Shown here: one piece after another, positions 29,982 to 39,965 of the stretch
Layout of the letters: every line of letters starts with the position of its first letter
How positions within the stretch are numbered: the stretch's first letter is position 1
From: an uncultured delta proteobacterium
GTDB lineage: Bacteria; Myxococcota_A; Polyangia; Polyangiales; Polyangiaceae
Assembly: GCA_963696385.1 (NCBI GenBank)
Contig: CAVOKF010000004.1
Location: 224,001 to 288,000, forward strand
Length of the DNA stretch: 64,000 bases
Reading direction: 5' to 3'
Made by a program: the position numbers and the translations under genes
Notes under the pieces: generated by a model
What the model saw: only the letters and a program-made list of their open reading frames with translations
Told to the model about the DNA's origin: nothing
Database searches by the model: none

Positions 29982-31262
29982 ATGACGTGCGCGGTGCTGT
30001 CGATTGGGACTGAGTTGACGCGCGGGGAGATCGTCAACTCGAACGCCGCCTGGCTGAGCTCGGAGCTGACAGCCCTTGGTTTCGAGGTCGTCGAGCACGC
30101 GGTCGTCGACGACGACTTCACGCGAATCGGCGAGGCTCTGCTGAGGCTTTCGGTGCGAGCGCGCGTAGTGGTAGCGACCGGAGGGCTGGGCCCGACCACC
30201 GATGACCTGACGGCGAGAGCCGTCGCAGGAGCCTTGGGCATGCCTCTGGTCCGCGACCAGGCAAGCATCGAACACATTCGAAGGCGTTTCGAACGGGCCC
30301 GCCGGACGATGACGGCGTCGAACGAGAAGCAGGCCGATTTTCCCGAAGGGGCCGACATCCTGCCCAATCCGATCGGCACGGCACCGGGCTTCGGGGTCAA
30401 GGTCGGCGAGTGCGCCGGGTACTTCGTGCCCGGCGTGCCGCGCGAGATGAAGCGCATGTTCGAGGAGCAGGTCGCTCCGCGTATTCGAGCGCTCGCGCCT
30501 GACACATCGTTCCAATCGCGATTGCTGACCTTCGGACTTCCCGAAAGCGTGATCGGTGAAAAGCTTGCGGGAATCGAAGAAGCCTTCCCGGGCATCACCC
30601 TTGGGTATCGGGCGCACTTTCCCGAAATCGAAGTGAAGGTCCTGGCGAGAAGCACGTCTCGAGGGGGCGCGCGCACCCTCTGCGACCGGGCGACCGCGGA
30701 GGTCCGTTCCCGCTTGGGAGGTTGTATCTACGGCGAAGCGGAGGAGACGTTTGCCGGCGTGATCGGGCGCGCGCTGCGGGCGCGGGGGTGGACCCTCGCG
30801 ATCGCGGAGTCCTGCACCGGCGGCCTCGTCGGACAGATGTTGACCGCCGAGCCGGGCGCAAGCGACTTTCTGCTGCTCGACGCGGTGACCTATGCCAATA
30901 GCGCGAAATCGCGCGTGCTCGGCGTCGACGAAGAAACGATCCGCTGGCACGGCGCGGTGAGCCCGGAGGTCGCCGAGGCGATGGCCCGGGGAGCCAAGCG
31001 CATCGCGGCGTCCGACGTGGCGCTCGCCCTCACGGGCATTGCCGGACCCGGCGGCGGGAGCGAACTCAAGCCGGTCGGTACGGTCTACATGGCGCTCACG
31101 CGCCCGGACGGAACGACCGACGTTCAGCACCGGGTCTTCAACGGGGACCGCGAACAAATACGAACGCTCGCGTCGTACGCCAGCCTGCAGATGGTGCGGG
31201 AGCTCTGCGCTTCGCGCATCGGGGAACGCGCGGCGGAAACCTCTGGTGTCGAGCGCTCTTGA
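29982..31262 (+). CDS. cinA: CinA / nicotinamide mononucleotide deamidase
   Basis: IGTEL..G..NSN, GGLGPTTDD, PGVPREM, AESCTGG and TGIAGPGG. Confidence 0.93.
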   Translation: MTCAVLSIGTELTRGEIVNSNAAWLSSELTALGFEVVEHAVVDDDFTRIGEALLRLSVRARVVVATGGLGPTTDDLTARAVAGALGMPLVRDQASIEHIRRRFERARRTMTASNEKQADFPEGADILPNPIGTAPGFGVKVGECAGYFVPGVPREMKRMFEEQVAPRIRALAPDTSFQSRLLTFGLPESVIGEKLAGIEEAFPGITLGYRAHFPEIEVKVLARSTSRGGARTLCDRATAEVRSRLGGCIYGEAEETFAGVIGRALRARGWTLAIAESCTGGLVGQMLTAEPGASDFLLLDAVTYANSAKSRVLGVDEETIRWHGAVSPEVAEAMARGAKRIAASDVALALTGIAGPGGGSELKPVGTVYMALTRPDGTTDVQHRVFNGDREQIRTLASYASLQMVRELCASRIGERAAETSGVERS

Positions 31263-31852
31263 GCGCGGGAGCGGAACCAGGCGAGAGCGCGATTCGCGCC
31301 TTCGTCGCCCTCGACCTGCACCCGATGGGCGTGCGTCGAATCGGACGCGTCGCCGAACGTCTGAGGATGTCGAGCGGTGCGCCCCGCGCAGCGTGGACGC
31401 CGCCTGCCAAGATTCACGTGACTCTCAAATTCATCGGCCAGTTGCCGACGTCGACCGTAGAGCCGCTACGACAGGCGATCGGCCTGTTGACCGATGGGAA
31501 AGCGGCTCCGGTGCTCGGTGAGATCGGCCTCGACGCGTTTCCTTCGATGCGGGAGGCCCTCGTGGTCATCGCGACGCTCTCCGATCCGAAGGGTGAGTTG
31601 GCTCAATGGGCGCGTCGACTCGACGATCGCGCCGCCCTGCTCGGCATCGCGAAGGTGACGCGCGCGTTTCGCCCGCACGTGACGTTGGCGCGGCTGAAAC
31701 GCGCGTACGACGCACGGCGATGGCTACGTCCGGAGCTGGCCGGTGGGGCCGGCGAGTGCATCGCGGCGACGATGGCTTTGTACCGGAGCGTTGTCGGCCC
31801 CGAGGGCTCGACGTACGAGGCGCTCGCGCGTTTTGCATGGGCGCCGTCCTAG
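31259..31852 (+). CDS. thpR: RNA 2',3'-cyclic phosphodiesterase
   Basis: RAFVAL and two HxT motifs (IHVTLKF, PHVTLAR); follows cinA. Confidence 0.9.
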   Translation: MSAGAEPGESAIRAFVALDLHPMGVRRIGRVAERLRMSSGAPRAAWTPPAKIHVTLKFIGQLPTSTVEPLRQAIGLLTDGKAAPVLGEIGLDAFPSMREALVVIATLSDPKGELAQWARRLDDRAALLGIAKVTRAFRPHVTLARLKRAYDARRWLRPELAGGAGECIAATMALYRSVVGPEGSTYEALARFAWAPS

Positions 31853-31955
31853 CGAACGCGACCTCTCGAACCCTGGTAGGGCTGCCAACCCAGGGCCCGG
31901 CCAACGAATCGGCGAGATCCGGACGTTCGCACCGAATCGGGTTACCCATGAAGGG

Positions 31956-33113
31956 GTGAACACGACCCGGCGTTGCGCTCGGCCCTTTCCGTGGGCCGCG
32001 ATCGAATCGCTCGCGCGGTCCGAGGTGGAACTCTTGCGCGACGTGCGCGGCTGGGCGGTCGGACGCGTGCGCCTCGACGCGATCGGGAGCAGTCTCGCCC
32101 GGATTCTCCGCACCCAGGTCGAAGTCCTCGTGCGTCGTGCCGGGGCGCTCGGCAACGCCGCACCGTTCGATGACGCGATCGGGGTGCTCCTTGCGCCGGC
32201 CGATACGCCGAGACCGGATCGGGCCGTGCTGATCGAGGCCGAGCGGGGGCTCGCCGCCGCGGTCGTTTCGCGCGTGCTGCAGCGCGAGCCGGCGACTGTG
32301 GTGAACCCCGCGCCGGCGCTGTCGCCCACGCTCGCCGGCGCGTTCGCCGCGACCGTGGTGGCCGCGGCGCGGCGTGCTCACCTCCGGACCGCGCTTCGCG
32401 TCCTGTCGGCCGGCCCGTGTGGGGCAATCGAGGCCGAGATGGGGCGCGCGGCAACCAATCCCGTCGTGGTCGAACTGACGGTCCTCGTCGGAGACGACGC
32501 CTATGCCGCACGAGTCGTCGCCTCGCGAGACGGCATTCGGGTGGCCAGGCCCCCCGTCTTTTCGGCGGCCACACTTTCCCGCCTCGGAGGCATCCCTCTC
32601 GCGATGCCGGTCGTGGCGAATGCATTGCGTTTGACGGCGTGCGACATTGCCGCACTGCGATGCGGCGACGCACTCATTTCGCAACCGTGGCCGTTGTCCC
32701 GTATGCCCGACGGCACCTGGCGGGGGCTCGCGTGGCTAGCCCCGCCGAACGCGGACGAGGGGATCCGAGTCGAGCTCTGCGATCAAGGACGCATCGTGCT
32801 ACGCGGCGGGGTCGATGCGCTGGGCGCAGCGGAGGCGGAGATGTCGGAACGCAACGACGAGAGCGAACTGGTGAGCGCGGTCGGCGACATCCCCGTGGTC
32901 GTCAAAGTGGAGATCGGCGAGGCGCGCATGGCCGCGCGCGACTGGGCGTCCCTCGCGCGTGGGGACGTGGTCGCGCTGGGCCGCCGCGTTGGCGAAGCGG
33001 TGATCCTGCGGGTCGGAGGCGTCGCCGTGGCGCGCGGTGAGCTCGTCGAGATCGAAGGGGAAATCGGCGTCCGCATCGGCGAGCGCCTGACCGACGATGG
33101 GGTCGGGCGATGA
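31956..33113 (+). CDS. SctQ/FliM-FliN (SpoA-domain) C-ring-type protein
   Basis: C-terminal DIPVVVKVEIG..GDVV.L..VILRVGG..ARGELVEIEGEIGVRI. GTG start is inferred. Confidence 0.8.
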   Translation: MNTTRRCARPFPWAAIESLARSEVELLRDVRGWAVGRVRLDAIGSSLARILRTQVEVLVRRAGALGNAAPFDDAIGVLLAPADTPRPDRAVLIEAERGLAAAVVSRVLQREPATVVNPAPALSPTLAGAFAATVVAAARRAHLRTALRVLSAGPCGAIEAEMGRAATNPVVVELTVLVGDDAYAARVVASRDGIRVARPPVFSAATLSRLGGIPLAMPVVANALRLTACDIAALRCGDALISQPWPLSRMPDGTWRGLAWLAPPNADEGIRVELCDQGRIVLRGGVDALGAAEAEMSERNDESELVSAVGDIPVVVKVEIGEARMAARDWASLARGDVVALGRRVGEAVILRVGGVAVARGELVEIEGEIGVRIGERLTDDGVGR

Positions 33114-33658
33114 CCGCCGGCGCGAAGCGGGTGCTGATGAGTGCCATCTGGGTCGGCGCATGCCAGAGGCCATCTCCGGACGCGAGCGTCCACGCCTCCG
33201 CCACGGCCGCCCCACACGATGCCGCGTTCGAGCGCGCCCCGACCACCGTACCTTCGGGCCATGGCGCGACAGCAGACACGGCAGCTTGGCGCGGCACGTA
33301 TCACAGCGCCACCGCGACCTTGTACGTCCCCTCCGAATGGAAGAGCGTGCACTGGAAGGTGCCGGAGACACCGCAGGGGGTCGGCGACGGGACCCTCGAG
33401 CTGACGGTCGACCCGACGACGCATCGCGTCTTCGGAACCCTCGACGGGCCGCTCGGGCCGGCGACGATCGACGGCTTTGCCTCGGGACATGCCCTCACCG
33501 CAACGCTTGCACGCAAGGATCCCGCGGACCGCGGCTTCGCAGGCACCATCGTCGGCGCCGTCGACGACGACGCTGTGACAGGGGTCGTCCATGCCGCTCT
33601 CGCCGAAGCGAGCGCCGTTCGCACCGCCATCTTCAGCCTTTCTCGGTCTTCGCACTGA
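33110..33658 (+). CDS. Hypothetical lipoprotein
   Basis: IWVGAC lipobox-like motif; beta-rich; overlaps the upstream stop and abuts the next ATG. Confidence 0.65.
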   Translation: MTAGAKRVLMSAIWVGACQRPSPDASVHASATAAPHDAAFERAPTTVPSGHGATADTAAWRGTYHSATATLYVPSEWKSVHWKVPETPQGVGDGTLELTVDPTTHRVFGTLDGPLGPATIDGFASGHALTATLARKDPADRGFAGTIVGAVDDDAVTGVVHAALAEASAVRTAIFSLSRSSH

Positions 33659-34744
33659 ATGTTCCCGCCGACGCGATATCTCGAATGGATACGCCGCTAT
33701 TACGGCAAAATTCGTTATGACCTCGCGACGAGCGGCATCGCCATCGCGTGCCTCGAGGATCTCGGATCGCTCGATTCTCGACGACTGAGGGACCCCGACG
33801 GATGGGAGCGACTTCGCTCTGCCATCGCGAAGTACAACGACCGGCCTGCCGAAGAGGCCATAGCGACGCTGGGAGCGACCCATGCCCTATGGCTCGCGTA
33901 TTCGACGTTGACCGAGCCGGGCGACGAAATCCTCGTCGAAGATCCCGCCTACGAGCCTCTCGTCCGGATCGCGCAGGGCGTTGGAGCGAACGTCACGCGC
34001 TTTGAGCGGCCTTCGCGCGAGGGGTTTGCGTTGGACCCAGAGAGGGTTGCCCGAGCGATGACGCCACGGACGCGGCTCGTGGTCATCACCAACCTGCACA
34101 ACCCGAGCGGATGCCGAGTCTCGGACCCAGCGATTCGGGAAACGGCCCGACTCGCGTGGGGCCGGGGTGCCCTCGTCGTGGTCGACGAGGTCTACGCGCC
34201 GTTCGACGGGCTCGTCGACGCGTCGGGCGTATTTGGAGCCACGGCACGCAGGCTCGCCGACAACATTGTCGCGGTCTCGAGTCTGACCAAGTGTTACGGA
34301 CTTGGCCACGAACGGCTGGGCTGGTTGTTGGGCCCTGCGGACGTGGTCGCCCGTGCAGGCGACAACCTCACCACGAGCACGGGGTTTCTGCCCCTTGCGC
34401 ACGCTCACCGCGGGGTCTTCGCGTTCGAACGGATCGATGAGCTTGCCACCCGCGCACGCCTCGACCTCGCACGGAAGCGCGAGATCGTGCGCAGCTGGGT
34501 TGCCAGCCGGGGACTCACGTGGAGCGATCCGAAAGACGGGATCTTCGCGTTCGTGACCGTACCGGAGCGTGGCGACCTCATCGAGCGGATTCAAGCCGCC
34601 GCCAGCGAACGCGAGGTTCTTGTGGTGCCGGGGGTGTTCTTCGGCATTCCCAACGGATTTCGCATCGCCTGGTCGACCCCGCTTGCGATGCTGAACGAGG
34701 GCCTGGCGCGGCTGTCCGATGCTCTCGAGCTTGCGCCCGTGTAG
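33659..34744 (+). CDS. PLP-dependent aminotransferase class I/II
   Basis: NLHNPSG, VDEVY and SSLTKCYGL..RLGW. Confidence 0.9.
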   Translation: MFPPTRYLEWIRRYYGKIRYDLATSGIAIACLEDLGSLDSRRLRDPDGWERLRSAIAKYNDRPAEEAIATLGATHALWLAYSTLTEPGDEILVEDPAYEPLVRIAQGVGANVTRFERPSREGFALDPERVARAMTPRTRLVVITNLHNPSGCRVSDPAIRETARLAWGRGALVVVDEVYAPFDGLVDASGVFGATARRLADNIVAVSSLTKCYGLGHERLGWLLGPADVVARAGDNLTTSTGFLPLAHAHRGVFAFERIDELATRARLDLARKREIVRSWVASRGLTWSDPKDGIFAFVTVPERGDLIERIQAAASEREVLVVPGVFFGIPNGFRIAWSTPLAMLNEGLARLSDALELAPV

Positions 34745-34888
34745 AGTGGTGTCGATCCGGCCTTGCAATGCCTGCCCGTTCTGGCACGACAACGGCGGGG
34801 GTGAGCGAACGGAACCCGCGCGCGGCGGTGCTGCTAAGCTAGCCGGGCCCCCACCACCGCGCCGACCGCGGCCCACCAGGGATACCCC

Positions 34889-37732
34889 ATGCCCAGCCTC
34901 CTTCACGTATTTGGCAGCACGTTCCCGGCGTTCGCGGCGAGCCTCCTGCTCGGGGCGATGGTGGTTGCGAGTTATACGTTCGCCACCGCGCTCGCCGCGG
35001 GAGCCGACCACCGCCCGCGCACGCTCCAAGCGGCGCGGCTCGGCGCGTACGGCACGGTCGCCCTCATCGGGGTGACGGTCCTTTGCCTCGCTTACGCCTT
35101 CGTGACTCACGACTTTCGCATTCGATATGTCTCGCATTATTCCGATCGGTCGATGCCGCTGTCGTACCTGCTCACGGCGCTCTGGGGCGGACAGGACGGC
35201 TCGCTTCTTTGGTGGCTCTTTCTCCTGAGCGTCTACACGGGCGCGTGCGTCCGGTGGCTCGGGCGCCGATACATCGAGCTTCAGCCGTACGTGATCGCCA
35301 CCCTGATGGCGATCGTTCTCTTCTTCTGCGTGCTGATGGCCTTTGCCGCGAACCCGTTCGCCACGAACTTGTCGGGGGCCCGAGCCGACGGCGAGGGGCT
35401 CAACCCGCTTCTCCAGAATTACTGGATGATTATCCACCCACCTTGCCTCTACACCGGCTTCGTGGGCTGCTCGGTTCCGTTCGCGTTCGCGGTGGCCGCA
35501 CTCGTCACGGGTCGATTGGACCACGAATGGATCGTGGCCAGCCGAAAGTGGACGCTCTTCGCCTGGATGTTTCTCGGAATCGGCAACACCCTTGGAATGC
35601 TGTGGGCCTACGAGGAGCTCGGATGGGGCGGGTACTGGGGTTGGGATCCGGTCGAAAATGCCGCGTGCATGCCGTTCATCTCGGCGAGCGCGTACGTGCA
35701 CTCGGTCATGATTCAAGAGCGCCGGGGGACCCTCAAAGTCTGGAACGTGTTTTTGATCTGCCTGACCTTCTTTTTGACGATCTTCGGTACCTTTCTCACT
35801 CGATCCGGAATGATTTCGAGCGTGCACTCGTTCGCACAGTCGTCGATAGGCAGCTATTTCGCCGTGTTCCTCCTCGGCCTCGTCGCGTTCGCGGCCACGC
35901 TCGTGATGTGGCGTTGGCCAGAGCTGCGCGGCATGACGCCGTCGCCGCGGCTGCGCAAGGCCGCGCTGGCAGCCGGGTGGTTGGTCATCGGCGTCTGCCT
36001 GCCGGGGCTGGCGATCGTGTGGAGATCGGGGCTCCCGGTCGGGTGGAGGGTGGCCGTGATCGCGTTCCTGGCAGGCAGCGCGGTCTTCGTCGCACTCGAG
36101 ATCGTCTTTCGGAGAATGACCGCCGGGCTCGATATTCAACCGCGCAGACCGCAGATCGAGTCGATCTTCTCCCGGGAATTCACGTTCGTACTGAACAATT
36201 GGATCCTCTGCAGTTTGCTCTTTTTCATTCTCATCGCGACGACATTTCCGCTCATCAGCGAGGCACTGAGCGGAGAGAAAGTCACGGTCGGTCCACCGTT
36301 TTATTCGGCGTGGGTCCAACCGCTCGGATTGCTTCTGCTCGTGCTGATGGGCATTGGGACTCTCTTCGGGTGGAAGAAGACGGGCCCCGAGGCACTGCGA
36401 CGCGCCTTCCGAGCGCCCGTCATCGCGCTCATCGTGGCCGGCGCACTGCACCGGATATTCGGGGCCCGGATCGGTTTCCCCGCCGTCGTGTGGAGTGATC
36501 CGATTTACCCCGGCGCACTCGGGGCGGCGCTGCGCGTATTCAACGCGTTCACGCCGATCATGGGGTTCTCGCTGTGCGTCTTCAACGTGGCTGTGATCGT
36601 CCAAGAGTACGTGCTCCTCTTCCGCTCCCGTGCAAGCACGGGTGCGAATCGAACGCCCGCTGCACTCTGGTGGCTGGGTGGCCTGCCCGGCCTGGCCCAC
36701 ACGGTCCTGACGCTGCCGCCCCCGTCGAGGCGCCGCTACGGTGGCTACATCGTCCACCTCGGCATCGTGGTGATGTTCATGGGTTTCACCGGACAGTCGT
36801 GGAACGTGGACCGAGAGACGTCGCTGTTTCCGGGACAAAGCTACGACGTCGCCGGGTACACGCTCTCGTACGCCGGTGCCCGCATGGAGGTCGACAACAA
36901 CAAGCGAATGGTTTTCGCGGACGTCGACGTTTACAAGGGCGGGCACTTCCAAGAGCGATTGACCCCGGCCAAGTTCATTTACAAAAAACAGCCGGACTCT
37001 CCGACGACCGAGGTCGCGATCCATCACGGCCTGAGAGACGACGTGTACGTGATCGTCGGCACGATTAGCCCGTCGAACAAGAACCTCGCCGCGTTCCAGG
37101 TGCACATCAATCCCCTCGTCACCTGGATATGGCTCGGGTGCGTCATCCTCATCCTGGGCAGCGTCGTTTGCATGTGGCCGCAACTCGAACTCGGGGAGTC
37201 GAGGGTTTGGGCCGGGGCGCGGGGGATCGCAGCCACCGCCGCGAGCATCGTGCTCGGAATCATGCTGGCAGCGACGCCTGCGGCCCATGCCCAGACCATG
37301 ACGACCAACAGCGGGACCGTCCACATCGAGAGCGACCTCGAACGATCGATCTTCGGCTCGCTTCGGTGCATGTGTGGAACGTGCGCGCGCGATCTGCTCT
37401 CGACGTGCACGTGCGAGACGGCCGAAGAGGCACGGTCCAAGATCCGCGCGAAATTGAAGGCAGGGGAAACGCGCGATCGGATTCTGTCCGAATACGCAGC
37501 CGAGTACGGCTCCGACGCCATGGCCGTACCACCCAATCACGGGCTGCTCCGGGCGATCTGGGCCGTGCCCGTGTTCGGAATCGCCGGAGGAGCCTTCGGC
37601 CTCGCGCGGATGATGCGGCGCTGGCGAACGACGGGGCGTCCCGTGCCGATCGAGTCGCCAGCGTCACACGGGACCGTTCGCGACGCGTACGATGCTCGAC
37701 TCGACGATGAGCTGAAGCACCTCGATGGGTGA
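34889..37732 (+). CDS. ccmF: Cytochrome c heme lyase CcmF fused to a C-terminal CcmH-like domain
   Basis: WGGQDGSLL, GLNPLLQ..IHPP, WAYEELGWGGYWGWDPVENA, TRSG..SVHSF and NPLVTWIW, then LRCMCGTC..EYG..PP..W. Confidence 0.92.
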   Translation: MPSLLHVFGSTFPAFAASLLLGAMVVASYTFATALAAGADHRPRTLQAARLGAYGTVALIGVTVLCLAYAFVTHDFRIRYVSHYSDRSMPLSYLLTALWGGQDGSLLWWLFLLSVYTGACVRWLGRRYIELQPYVIATLMAIVLFFCVLMAFAANPFATNLSGARADGEGLNPLLQNYWMIIHPPCLYTGFVGCSVPFAFAVAALVTGRLDHEWIVASRKWTLFAWMFLGIGNTLGMLWAYEELGWGGYWGWDPVENAACMPFISASAYVHSVMIQERRGTLKVWNVFLICLTFFLTIFGTFLTRSGMISSVHSFAQSSIGSYFAVFLLGLVAFAATLVMWRWPELRGMTPSPRLRKAALAAGWLVIGVCLPGLAIVWRSGLPVGWRVAVIAFLAGSAVFVALEIVFRRMTAGLDIQPRRPQIESIFSREFTFVLNNWILCSLLFFILIATTFPLISEALSGEKVTVGPPFYSAWVQPLGLLLLVLMGIGTLFGWKKTGPEALRRAFRAPVIALIVAGALHRIFGARIGFPAVVWSDPIYPGALGAALRVFNAFTPIMGFSLCVFNVAVIVQEYVLLFRSRASTGANRTPAALWWLGGLPGLAHTVLTLPPPSRRRYGGYIVHLGIVVMFMGFTGQSWNVDRETSLFPGQSYDVAGYTLSYAGARMEVDNNKRMVFADVDVYKGGHFQERLTPAKFIYKKQPDSPTTEVAIHHGLRDDVYVIVGTISPSNKNLAAFQVHINPLVTWIWLGCVILILGSVVCMWPQLELGESRVWAGARGIAATAASIVLGIMLAATPAAHAQTMTTNSGTVHIESDLERSIFGSLRCMCGTCARDLLSTCTCETAEEARSKIRAKLKAGETRDRILSEYAAEYGSDAMAVPPNHGLLRAIWAVPVFGIAGGAFGLARMMRRWRTTGRPVPIESPASHGTVRDAYDARLDDELKHLDG

Positions 37733-38405
37733 GGCTCGACTGGGCGCCGGATCGAGCCAGGAAGACTTGCGACGGCAGGGCGACGACGCCGAGCGCGCCA
37801 TCGCCCGCGCGTTCGCCATCGGACTGCCCGTGTGCACCGTGGTCGGGGCACTCGCCGCCGGAATCGTCGGCAGCGTCGGATCGGCGCTGCTCGTACTGGC
37901 GTCGGGCACTTTGCTGGCGACCATCGCGCTGCTTTGGGCGAGCCTTCGAACACTGACGGGCGAAGCTCCTCTTCCCTCCGACGTCGATCCCTTCGCGAAC
38001 AGGCGCCCCGACGTCGACGAGCTCGGCGAGAGAAAGCGCCGCGTGCTGCGCGCACTCAAGGATCTGCAGACCGAACACGATCTGGGCAAGATCGACGACG
38101 ACGATTATGACGAGATCGCGGCCCGATATCGCGAGGACGCCAAAGCTGTGATGAAGGAGATGGACCATCAGGCCGCGCCCGCGCGAGCCGAAGCAGAGAA
38201 GTTGGCGGCCGAGTTTCTATCGCGGAGACGGTCGACCGGGCGATTGCCCACCCGAGAGGCGGCGCCGAGCGCACGACCGACCCGAGAGGCGAACCGCATA
38301 CCCTGTTCCGGATGTGGGGTGTCGAACGAGCCGGATGCGACGTTCTGCAAGCGTTGTGGCGCAGCGCTGACGGGTGCCAAGGGTGAGGGCGATGAGGGTC
38401 CGTGA
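37725..38405 (+). CDS. Membrane protein with CcmI-like helical hairpin and C-terminal zinc ribbon
   Basis: Two TM helices, ALKDLQTEHDLGKIDDDDY and CSGC..FCKRCG. Confidence 0.7.
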   Translation: MGEARLGAGSSQEDLRRQGDDAERAIARAFAIGLPVCTVVGALAAGIVGSVGSALLVLASGTLLATIALLWASLRTLTGEAPLPSDVDPFANRRPDVDELGERKRRVLRALKDLQTEHDLGKIDDDDYDEIAARYREDAKAVMKEMDHQAAPARAEAEKLAAEFLSRRRSTGRLPTREAAPSARPTREANRIPCSGCGVSNEPDATFCKRCGAALTGAKGEGDEGP

Positions 38406-39723
38406 TCGAATGGCCGCCCTCGCGGTCATGGCCGCGTCGCTCGGGACCGCGGGGACGTCAGACGCCCAAAGGGCGAAAGCAGCGGCCCCCGCCGGTGCAG
38501 TGGCCCAGGCGAGCGAGGGGGCGGCCGACCCGGGTGGAGGGGGCGATGCGCGTCCTACGGGGCATCCGCCCGTCGAGCCCGCGAATCCGCACGCGCGCGC
38601 GTCGGCCAACAGCGGGATGCCCGGTGTATTTCAGCCTCCGGAGGACGTCGAACAAGCCGATCCAACGCTGCCCGCCGGATCGATCTCGGTCGATCTTCAC
38701 GACCCCGACGACAAGCCGGTCGCGCACGAGATCGTCACCGTCGGAATTTTGATCAACTCGGTTGCCAAAGGCGACAGTCGCAAACACATTCAGAAAGACA
38801 CCGACGATCGCGGACATTGTGTTTTCTCCGATTTGGATACGGCGAGCAACATCGCGTATCGTGTCTCGGTCGGGTATCAAGGCGGCTCGTTCGCGGCGGC
38901 ACCGTTTCAATTGGGACAGGTCAAAGCGATGCACGTGCTGCTCCACGTGTATCCCGTCACTCGAGAGCTCGAGTCGACGCTCATCGTCAGCGAAGCAGCG
39001 ATCGGCGCGGAGCTCCGCGACGATCGGGTGCAGATCGAAGAGTCTCTCACGATCTACAACCTCGGGCGGGCCGCATGGCAGCCCGACGGAGTGACGATGT
39101 CGCTGCCGCCATCGTTCACCGCGTTCAACGCTCAAGCCTCGATGAGCGATCAGGGGGTCGACGAGGTCGAAGGACAGGGCGCACGGCTGCACGGAACGTT
39201 CTCGCCGGGCCAGCACGTCGTCCAATTTCGATGCCAAATTCCCTGGTCCGGAGACAAGGACGTCGATCTCGAATTGGGGCTCCCTCCTCACGTCGCCATC
39301 GCGCGAGTGGTCATGCCTGCCTCGTCGGGAATCAAGCTCACGGCCGCCGGGTTTCCTCCTGCCGAGCTGGTTCACGATTCGCGCGGACAGAGCTTTCTCG
39401 TGACCGAGCGCCGGCTGCGGCCAGCCGATCCGCGGATTCGATCTCTCGATATCGGAATTCACGACCTGCCCACTCCCGGACCGGGTCGATTGATCGCGAC
39501 GCTGCTGGCGGCGATCGGTGTGGGCCTCGGCATCCTTTTCGTCGCTCGGGGAGGCCGGCGCCGCGCGCCCATCGTGGCCCCAGAGCGGGCGCGCGATGCG
39601 CTGCTCGAAGAGATCGCCGCGCTCGAAGATGCGCTCGCCTCGGGAGAGGTCGGGCCGAGGACGTACGAGACGGCTCGACGCGAGTTGATCGATTTGCTCG
39701 CGATGACCCTGAACCCCGTTTGA
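38392..39723 (+). CDS. Exported beta-rich protein with C-terminal TM and CcmI-like tail
   Basis: Signal peptide, PTGHPPV..NPH, beta-sandwich-like region, TM and LLEEIAALEDALASGEV..YETARREL. Confidence 0.7.
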   Translation: MRVRDRMAALAVMAASLGTAGTSDAQRAKAAAPAGAVAQASEGAADPGGGGDARPTGHPPVEPANPHARASANSGMPGVFQPPEDVEQADPTLPAGSISVDLHDPDDKPVAHEIVTVGILINSVAKGDSRKHIQKDTDDRGHCVFSDLDTASNIAYRVSVGYQGGSFAAAPFQLGQVKAMHVLLHVYPVTRELESTLIVSEAAIGAELRDDRVQIEESLTIYNLGRAAWQPDGVTMSLPPSFTAFNAQASMSDQGVDEVEGQGARLHGTFSPGQHVVQFRCQIPWSGDKDVDLELGLPPHVAIARVVMPASSGIKLTAAGFPPAELVHDSRGQSFLVTERRLRPADPRIRSLDIGIHDLPTPGPGRLIATLLAAIGVGLGILFVARGGRRRAPIVAPERARDALLEEIAALEDALASGEVGPRTYETARRELIDLLAMTLNPV

Positions 39724-39736
39724 GCCTCGCCTGCGC

Positions 39737-39944
39737 GGGGGACAACCTGGAGAAAAGGCTGGGAACTTCGCCCGGGAAGGACCTCTGGACAGGACCGGTC
39801 GCGGGATCTGTCCCGAGATTCGGGCCGTCTGTCCCGCGCGCCGTCCTCAGCCCGATTCCTGTCCAAAGGGTCGGGATTCCTTCCCTTTTTGCTTTTTCCC
39901 CTCCATCCCCAGGCTCTATCGACACTGCTACAAATCTAATCTAA
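39737..39944. other. Putative replication origin (oriC-like DnaA-box array) upstream of dnaN
   Basis: About nine degenerate 9-mers resembling TTATCCACA/CTGTCCACA, followed by an AT-richer CTA-containing tract. Confidence 0.5.
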
Positions 39945-39965
39945 GGATGCTGCCGAGATCGGCCG

